A stretch of 64,000 nt of DNA from Polyangiaceae bacterium. GTDB taxonomy: Bacteria; Myxococcota_A; Polyangia; Polyangiales; Polyangiaceae. Of the stretch, positions 57,951 to 64,000 are shown one piece after another. Within the stretch, counting starts at the first letter, position 1. Each line of letters begins with the position of its first letter. Where the stretch lies: the NCBI GenBank assembly GCA_033763455.1, contig JANRKO010000062.1:64001-128000 (forward strand), written 5' to 3'. Below the pieces are notes generated by a model that saw only the letters and a list, made by a program, of their open reading frames with translations, ran no database searches and was not told the DNA's origin. A program made the position numbers and the translations under genes.

Positions 57951-59855
57951 ATGAGCAGCCCCTCAGTCGCAGTACGAGGTCGAGGCCGCCGGCGTTCCAA
58001 GGCGCTCGGGCCTGTGCAAGATTACGCAGCACACGTTGAGCCAGATTGGTGGCGCCACGTCTTTGGTGCTTTGTACCTCAAGACGGATGGAGATGTTGTC
58101 GACGACGCCGCAATCACGCGTCGCGAAGTGGATGCGTTGCTTGGTATCGTCGACCTTTCACCGACAGATCGAGTGCTTGATCTATGTTGTGGGCAAGGGC
58201 GCCACACACTTGAGTTAGCGCGTCGTGGGTTCGTTGGAGTGGAGGGCGTTGATCAATCGCGTTACCTCTTACGCCGAGCTCGCGAAACGGCCCGCAGTGA
58301 GGGGCTAGTGGTGCGCTTTCGTGAGGGTGATGCGCGAGAGGTGGGGAGCCTGCCCGGGGGACTCGATGCCGTGCTCATTATGGGCAACAGCTTCGGCTAC
58401 TTCGATGCGGCTGAGGACGATTTGCGTGTGCTTGGCGGGGTGCGCAGCATCTTGAAGCCTGGCGGGAAGCTTTTCCTTGATATTACCGACGGAGAGTGGC
58501 TGCGCGAGGCATTTGAGCCGCGATCGTGGGAGTGGATCGACGCGAGCATGTTTGTATGCCGGGAGCGTTGGCTGTCGCCCGACGGTCGCATGGTATCGCG
58601 CGAGGTGATCACCGATACCGGCAAAGGCGTCATCAAGGATCAATTTTACGCGGAGCGCCTGTACACGAGAGCAGAGCTAGCAGCGCTCCTGGCGCAGGCC
58701 GGTTTCGTCGATTTTACGGTCCATCAAGAATTCGCGGGCAGCTCGGAGCGCAACCAAGATCTCGGGATGATGGCGCACCGCTTGTTCATTACGGCGATTG
58801 CAGGTGAGGTGCAGGCTCCGCGGCAAGCAGTTCCGCGTGAGCTTGTGGTGGTGCTCGGAGATCCGGGAAAGCCTGATCCTGTCAAGCCCGATGGTGCCTT
58901 CGGCGGGGACGATCTGGATGCCATCGGACGCATGAAGGCCGCTCTTGAGCGGCCCGGCCGGCGGGTGCGCTACCTCTCCAACCACGACGCTCTCCTCGAT
59001 CAGCTGAAGCAACTCGCTGGTGGCTCTGCGTTAGTGGTCAACCTGTGCGACGAAGGCTATCGAAACCTACCGTTTTGCGAGCTCCACGTGCCGGCTTTGC
59101 TGGAAGCACTCGATCTTCGCTACACGGGCGCCGGCCCCCAGTGTTTGGCCCGGTGTTTCGACAAAGGGCTCGTGCGTGGCCTCGCGCGCGACCTTGGCAT
59201 TCCGGTAGCCTCCGCAACGCTAATCGGCCAAAGTGATCCCATCCCAGCCTTCACCACCCCGGTGATCGTAAAGCCCAATCACGGCGACGGCAGCTTCGCG
59301 ATCGATGAGAAATCAGTGGCGTTCAATGCCCAAGAGCTTGCTGCTGCAGTCGCCAACGTTCGCCGCCTTGCCGGGGCTAACGCGTTGATACTCGTTGAGG
59401 AGCTGCTCACCGGGGCCGAGCTCGGAGTTGGAATTTTGGGCAATCCCCCAGGGCCCCACCAGGTGTTGCCCATCATTCAAGAGGATTATTCGAGCTTGCC
59501 ACCCGGGTTGCCCCAGATTTGCGGGTATCCCTCCAAGTGGGACCCTTCCTCGCCGTATTGGAACCTGCGTTCGATCCCGGCGGTGCTTCCCGAAGAAACA
59601 GCGCGCTTGATCACTGACTTTAGTGTGCGGCTTTTTGAGCGCCTGGAGTGTCGCGACTACGCGCGCTTCGACTGGCGGCTCGATACAAATGGGCGTCCGC
59701 ATCTTCTAGAGGTGAATCCGAATCCGGGCTGGTGCTGGGATGGGCACCTGGCCAAGATGGCGGCCCTTGCGGGGATGTCGTACCCCGAGCTGCTCGACGC
59801 GGTACTTCAGGCCGCCGAAGAGCGCCTGAAGGTCGAAGTTCGCGGTGCTGCGTGA
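57951..59855 (+). CDS. Class I methyltransferase fused to a D-Ala-D-Ala-ligase-like ATP-grasp domain
   Basis: N-terminal VLDLCCGQGRH, GDAR and GNSFGYF; C-terminal NLCDEG, YTGAG...DK, VKPNHGDGS, RDYARFDWR and LEVNPNPG. Confidence 0.88.
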   Translation: MSSPSVAVRGRGRRRSKALGPVQDYAAHVEPDWWRHVFGALYLKTDGDVVDDAAITRREVDALLGIVDLSPTDRVLDLCCGQGRHTLELARRGFVGVEGVDQSRYLLRRARETARSEGLVVRFREGDAREVGSLPGGLDAVLIMGNSFGYFDAAEDDLRVLGGVRSILKPGGKLFLDITDGEWLREAFEPRSWEWIDASMFVCRERWLSPDGRMVSREVITDTGKGVIKDQFYAERLYTRAELAALLAQAGFVDFTVHQEFAGSSERNQDLGMMAHRLFITAIAGEVQAPRQAVPRELVVVLGDPGKPDPVKPDGAFGGDDLDAIGRMKAALERPGRRVRYLSNHDALLDQLKQLAGGSALVVNLCDEGYRNLPFCELHVPALLEALDLRYTGAGPQCLARCFDKGLVRGLARDLGIPVASATLIGQSDPIPAFTTPVIVKPNHGDGSFAIDEKSVAFNAQELAAAVANVRRLAGANALILVEELLTGAELGVGILGNPPGPHQVLPIIQEDYSSLPPGLPQICGYPSKWDPSSPYWNLRSIPAVLPEETARLITDFSVRLFERLECRDYARFDWRLDTNGRPHLLEVNPNPGWCWDGHLAKMAALAGMSYPELLDAVLQAAEERLKVEVRGAA

Positions 59856-60226
59856 TCGCTATTGGCCGAGGGATCCATGGGCGCGGGGTGTTTGCGCAAC
59901 GCCCGTTTGTAGCCGGTGAACTGATCGAACGCGCCCCGGTGCTCGTGATTCCGGCAGCCGAGATCGAGTGGCTGGATCGCACGATGCTCTACGATTATTA
60001 CTTCGCTTGGGGCCAAGATCCGGAAAACGCGGCGATAGCTATGGGCTTAGGCTCGTTCTACAACCACGCGGTGCAGCCCAATGCCGAACACGTTTGCCAC
60101 ATCAGTGAGCTTTCAATCGACTTTATCGCACTTGTGGATATCGCCGCTGGCGAGGAGATCACCATTCACTACAACGCGTCGCCGGGCGATGCCTCGCCGG
60201 TATGGTTCGAGGTACCCCGTCCATGA
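59852..60226 (+). CDS. SET domain protein
   Basis: HGRGVFA, FYNHAVQPNA and DIAAGEEITIHY; GTGA overlap with the upstream gene. Confidence 0.9.
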   Translation: MIAIGRGIHGRGVFAQRPFVAGELIERAPVLVIPAAEIEWLDRTMLYDYYFAWGQDPENAAIAMGLGSFYNHAVQPNAEHVCHISELSIDFIALVDIAAGEEITIHYNASPGDASPVWFEVPRP

Positions 60227-61215
60227 GGCTCACCGTTCTGCTTGGTGACAGGGAACGCGCAGCAGCTGTGGTGCCGGGAATGTCGCTCGGCGAGGTCGAC
60301 AGAGTGAGCTTTGAGGCACTCGATGCCGCTTTGGCTGATTTGCCCTACGCTGTTACCACGATCGCTAGCCACGCACATTTGATTGACGATCTGCGCGCGC
60401 TTGTGGGTCATACTGATTTGGTCCTCAACCTTTGCGATGAGGGCTACCGCAACGATCTTCGGCTGGAGCTCCACGTGCCCGCGCTCTTAGAAATGTTGGA
60501 GCTGCCGTACACCGGGGGCGCACCGCGTTGCCTTGCGTATTGCTACGACAAATCGCTCGTACGCGGCATTGCCCAGGAGTTAGGCGTTCCGGTCGCCCGA
60601 GGCGTGCTTCATGCTCCCGGCGCGCCCATCGGTGAGCCTTCCTTCGGTTTCCCGGCCATCGTGAAACCAAACTTTGGGGACGGCAGCTTCGGCATCACCA
60701 CTCGCAGTGTGGCCCGCGACGCCGCGGAATTCACGCGCGCGATTCTGGAGCTGCGGGAGCTCTATCGCGGCGCGATCCTTGTGGAGGAATACCTGCCCGG
60801 GCAGGATGTGGATGTCGGTGCTGTGGGCAACACGGGGGCTTGGACGATCTTCCCGCTCTCTACCGTCGACTATTCAAACGTTGCTCCCGGGGTTCCCCAC
60901 ATTGCGAGTCACGAATTCAAGTGGGAAGAGGTGTCGCCGTACGAAACGACGACGATTGGACCGGCCACGCTACCCGCTGAGGTTGAGGCCGGGATCTCGG
61001 CCTGGTCGATTCAATTGCTCGATCGTCTTGAATGTCGCGATTACGCGCGCGTCGATTGGCGGCTCGCCGCCGACGGTTCACCGCGGCTCCTCGAAGTCAA
61101 TCCCAACACCGGTTGGGGAGCGGCGGGCCGCCTGGCAGACATGGCGGCCCTCGCGGGGCTTTCGTATAGAGACCTGCTTCGCACGATTATCGAAGCAGCA
61201 CTCGCGCGGGGTTGA
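60223..61215 (+). CDS. D-Ala-D-Ala-ligase-like ATP-grasp enzyme
   Basis: NLCDEGYRN, YTGG...DK, VKPNFGDGSFGI, VEEYLPG, RDYARVDWR and LEVNPNTG; ATGA overlap. Confidence 0.88.
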   Translation: MRLTVLLGDRERAAAVVPGMSLGEVDRVSFEALDAALADLPYAVTTIASHAHLIDDLRALVGHTDLVLNLCDEGYRNDLRLELHVPALLEMLELPYTGGAPRCLAYCYDKSLVRGIAQELGVPVARGVLHAPGAPIGEPSFGFPAIVKPNFGDGSFGITTRSVARDAAEFTRAILELRELYRGAILVEEYLPGQDVDVGAVGNTGAWTIFPLSTVDYSNVAPGVPHIASHEFKWEEVSPYETTTIGPATLPAEVEAGISAWSIQLLDRLECRDYARVDWRLAADGSPRLLEVNPNTGWGAAGRLADMAALAGLSYRDLLRTIIEAALARG

Positions 61216-61269
61216 AGCGGCGCACACGGCCAATTGGGTGCCCAAGTGGTAATTCAGGCTGTAAACAGC

Positions 61270-62586
61270 CTACTTGGCAACCTTTTTCACGGAGTGTTCG
61301 CCCTGCGACGTGTAATAAACAGCGCTCGCATCGAGCGCGATGCCGGCGAGATCTACCTCGCCGGTCGCAAGCGCAACGGGAAGTGAGGCGCCCTTCTGTA
61401 GAGCCATTACCTTGCCGGAACGGTTGACCCAGTAAATACCCGATGCGTCGACAGCGAGATCTGCGGGCTCGGATGGGTCGATAGCTAGAAGTTGCGGAGT
61501 GCCGCCTGCAAGCGGAACCGTGGATACTTCGCCTGTGGCCGAATCCACCCAGTAGAGCGAATTGTTGAATAAACGGAGACCGACGGGTCGAACCAAGCCA
61601 CCCACCAAAATGCTGGAGGAGCCCGGTGCCGAGACTTTGTAAATGCCCTTTGCGGCACTGAAATAGACGACACCATCTTTTGCGATGACGTCGAGTGGGC
61701 GATCGATTTTCTCAGCGAGCTTCTGCTGGCTTGTTCCGTCGAGTTTCACGGACATCACGGCGCCTTCAAGTGCACCGCTTGCACCCTCGGCGGCCCAGTA
61801 AATCGTGCCGCCTTCGACAGCGATACCTCGGGCACCATCGACGCCACCACTGATATACCGCGCAGACGTGAGGAGTGCCTTATCCCTCACCCAAGCCCCC
61901 TTGGTACCGCCGTCGTTGCAGGTCCAATAGATGCTGGTGTCGTCCGCCGTGATGCCCCATGTGTTGCCGGGGTAGCCGGCCACTTCCATTGGCATCGCAC
62001 CCCCGGGCGCAGCTAGCTGGCGGACTGCGGGCGTTTGGTAGGCTCCGTTGGAGGTCCAATACACGAGGCCACCTGTGACCATTAGGTGCTTGGGCTGGTC
62101 CTGGCCGGCAGCGAGCAAGATAGAGCCGCACGCGCCAGAATTGCACGAGGCGCCCAAGCAATCGCGGCCGCAGGCTCCACAGTTCTTCGCATCGACCTGC
62201 AAATCTATCTCGCAACCGTCACTTCCGGTCTGGTTACAGTCTGCAAACGAGCCCCTGCATTGGATCCCGCACTCTCCCGCTTCGCAGACGGGAAAGCTCG
62301 CCGGGCCCGAGCCGCACACTTTTGCGGTGCTGCCACAGGCGCGCGGATCGCCGAAACGGCTGGGGGTACTCATGAACCCTGCCGTGCCGGCCTGTGCGTT
62401 GCCGTGAAGCTTCGCCCCACCAAAAGAACCCGCACCTCCGCTGCCAGCCCCTGAACCGATGCCCGTGCCCGCGGCGGCACCCGCACCCATACTTTCAACC
62501 GCGGCCGTGGGTGCACAGCTTGCTGCTCCTGTCGCCGCACACAGAACTACGCTCAGAAAACGTGATGGCACGCTTAGGCCCTCCAT
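61270..62586 (-). CDS. Hypothetical lipoprotein with Cys-rich (Stig1-like) repeat and beta-propeller
   Basis: AASC lipobox-like site, Gly linker, DCN...DGCE...KNCGACGRDC, and repeated IA-D...YW(T/V) blades. Confidence 0.75.
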   Translation of the reverse strand: MEGLSVPSRFLSVVLCAATGAASCAPTAAVESMGAGAAAGTGIGSGAGSGGAGSFGGAKLHGNAQAGTAGFMSTPSRFGDPRACGSTAKVCGSGPASFPVCEAGECGIQCRGSFADCNQTGSDGCEIDLQVDAKNCGACGRDCLGASCNSGACGSILLAAGQDQPKHLMVTGGLVYWTSNGAYQTPAVRQLAAPGGAMPMEVAGYPGNTWGITADDTSIYWTCNDGGTKGAWVRDKALLTSARYISGGVDGARGIAVEGGTIYWAAEGASGALEGAVMSVKLDGTSQQKLAEKIDRPLDVIAKDGVVYFSAAKGIYKVSAPGSSSILVGGLVRPVGLRLFNNSLYWVDSATGEVSTVPLAGGTPQLLAIDPSEPADLAVDASGIYWVNRSGKVMALQKGASLPVALATGEVDLAGIALDASAVYYTSQGEHSVKKVAK

Positions 62587-62636
62587 TGTGGGGGACGAGC
62601 GACACCGAGAACACCAGAAGGCACGCTTAGGCCCTC
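62567..62636. repeat. 17-bp perfect direct repeat at a gene junction
   Basis: GGCACGCTTAGGCCCTC at 62567-62583 and 62620-62636; the second copy spans the DUF1552 stop codon. Confidence 0.85.
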
Positions 62637-64000
62637 AATGCTGGAAGATCGACAAAGTATTGTGGATCCCCAAAGCGATCCACGTTCACGCCCATGGCCT
62701 GGCAAAGCGCAGTTAAAAGACCAGTGTTCGAAACGTTCTCGTCCGCTTTTCCGCCCACCCAACGCAAAAATTGCCCAGTTTTGAAATAGCCACCACAGCT
62801 TCCAGCTAACACCCAAGGTAAATCTGTAATGCGGTGGGAGGCGCCCTCGGCAAATACGTTAGCGCAGAGCACTGCACTTTGGTCGAGGAGGGTCGTGCCA
62901 TCCGGCTCGTGGTACTGCTTCATTCGCTCAATAATGTAAGCAAATTGGCTGATAAACCACTGATCAACCAGGTTTTTACGTCGAGTGTGTGCTGCGTCTG
63001 TATACGCGTGGTGCGCTATCTCGTGATGCTGCCGCAGTGGCCCACCGCTTCCTGCGTTATCAGCATCACGCCCGGTAATAAATTCATCCCCCAACCAAAA
63101 GAAGGAATACCCCCAGTTGCTGGAATTCGACCACAAGAGCGAGGCCACGCGAACCAAATCACAAGCCAGAGCCGTGACTACCATGTCAGCCTGAAGCTTG
63201 TGCACGGTAGGGATGAGGGGCGTGTACTGGGAATTGACGTAATCCAAGCTGGCGTCTGGCCGCGTCGGCGCGCTGCAGGTGGCAGTGAAAGCCTGCAATT
63301 CCTGCTCTAGCTGGCGAACGGATGCGAGGTGCTGGTCGATCTGTTGGCGATCTTCGGTGCCCATGTTCTTGCCAAAAGCTTCCAGATCTCTACCCAAATA
63401 GTCGAAAACGCTCTTTCGGGCGGCCCGTATCCGCGCCAAGCGGTCAGAGGTCAGCGCGGCACCACCGAAGAGGCGATCGAAAAGCCGCACCGGATCCGTC
63501 TCGGGCTCCGGAGCATTGGGCTGACCGCCGAGCGCGCTGCCGTGAAAAGATATGAAGCGGTCGTTGCCGTTTTGCTTAATGCACTGCAGCTGAAGGGAAT
63601 GGATCGGCGTCTTTGAAGCTTTTGCGAACTCATCCGCGATGAACATATCGACAGAGGGGCCACCGGCCGAGAGAGGCACACCGTCGCTGATGGTGCCGTT
63701 GATGGCCGCGCCGTCCACGCCGGTAAACATAAACGGCATTGAAGCATGCCCTCCGCCCTGCTTCTGGTTCGGGTACGTCATGCCGCCCACGATGAGAATG
63801 TCGTTTTGGTGGGGGATGAGGGGCTTCAAGACAGACTGCTCGTCCGTTGAAATCGTAAACGAAGCTGGGTCAGCCATCGGAAAGCCACCCGCGGGCCAGA
63901 ATGCATCACCGATGACTCCATTGGGCCAAGCCATCAAAACGAGGCGTTTGGGGAGGGTTGAATTGGCGCTCACGCCCACCCGCGCTTGGAGCAGTGGTAA
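62627..64000 (-). CDS. DUF1552 (HXXSHH) protein, 5' end beyond the window edge
   Basis: PKRLVL, GPSVD, HLASVRQLE, ALACDLVRVA, QHHEIAHH, LLDQSAV and LPWVLAGSCGG. Confidence 0.9.
   Translation of the reverse strand, partial: LPLLQARVGVSANSTLPKRLVLMAWPNGVIGDAFWPAGGFPMADPASFTISTDEQSVLKPLIPHQNDILIVGGMTYPNQKQGGGHASMPFMFTGVDGAAINGTISDGVPLSAGGPSVDMFIADEFAKASKTPIHSLQLQCIKQNGNDRFISFHGSALGGQPNAPEPETDPVRLFDRLFGGAALTSDRLARIRAARKSVFDYLGRDLEAFGKNMGTEDRQQIDQHLASVRQLEQELQAFTATCSAPTRPDASLDYVNSQYTPLIPTVHKLQADMVVTALACDLVRVASLLWSNSSNWGYSFFWLGDEFITGRDADNAGSGGPLRQHHEIAHHAYTDAAHTRRKNLVDQWFISQFAYIIERMKQYHEPDGTTLLDQSAVLCANVFAEGASHRITDLPWVLAGSCGGYFKTGQFLRWVGGKADENVSNTGLLTALCQAMGVNVDRFGDPQYFVDLPALRA

Noticed and set aside
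57951..61215. Calling the ATP-grasp genes housekeeping ddl or vancomycin-resistance ligases
   Set aside because: They lack the GGxSxE N-terminal motif, one is fused to a methyltransferase, and there is no mur/fts or van context.
1..64000. CRISPR arrays, rRNA, tRNA, transposases, integrases or prophage genes
   Set aside because: I saw no regularly spaced repeats or recognisable RNA gene or mobile element signatures; intergenic gaps are all about 300 bp or shorter.

Overview
This is a gene-dense, GC-rich bacterial chromosomal window. Gene content suggests a Myxococcota (Polyangiaceae-like) organism; this is inferred from repeated DUF1592/DUF1552 pairs, Gly-rich secreted lipoproteins and Cys-rich repeats. 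The left part is mostly housekeeping: TPM and LemA proteins, glgP, a glycosyltransferase, three SF2 helicases including hrpA, trmO, methyltransferases, a TPR-GT41 and FkbM pair, a delta-9 desaturase and AraC/XylR regulators. The centre (29.3-45.7 kb) is a rearranged aryl-polyene (APE)-type type II PKS cluster with a flavin halogenase-like enzyme and an MIO ammonia-lyase. The right part carries ArsC-like, corA and alkD-like genes, nrfHA with an atypical CXXCH-type NrfA, and a GH45 endoglucanase lipoprotein. It also holds a translationally coupled operon of unknown function: methyltransferase/ATP-grasp fusion, SET domain and a second ATP-grasp. A 59-aa Lys-rich secreted ORF is transcribed divergently from that operon. 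Three DUF1592/DUF1552-type loci occur in 64 kb. The best candidates for an undescribed system are the MTase-ATP-grasp/SET/ATP-grasp operon and the DUF1592/DUF1552 modules. I saw no rRNA, tRNA, CRISPR array or mobile element. All calls come from motif recognition by eye; no database search was run.
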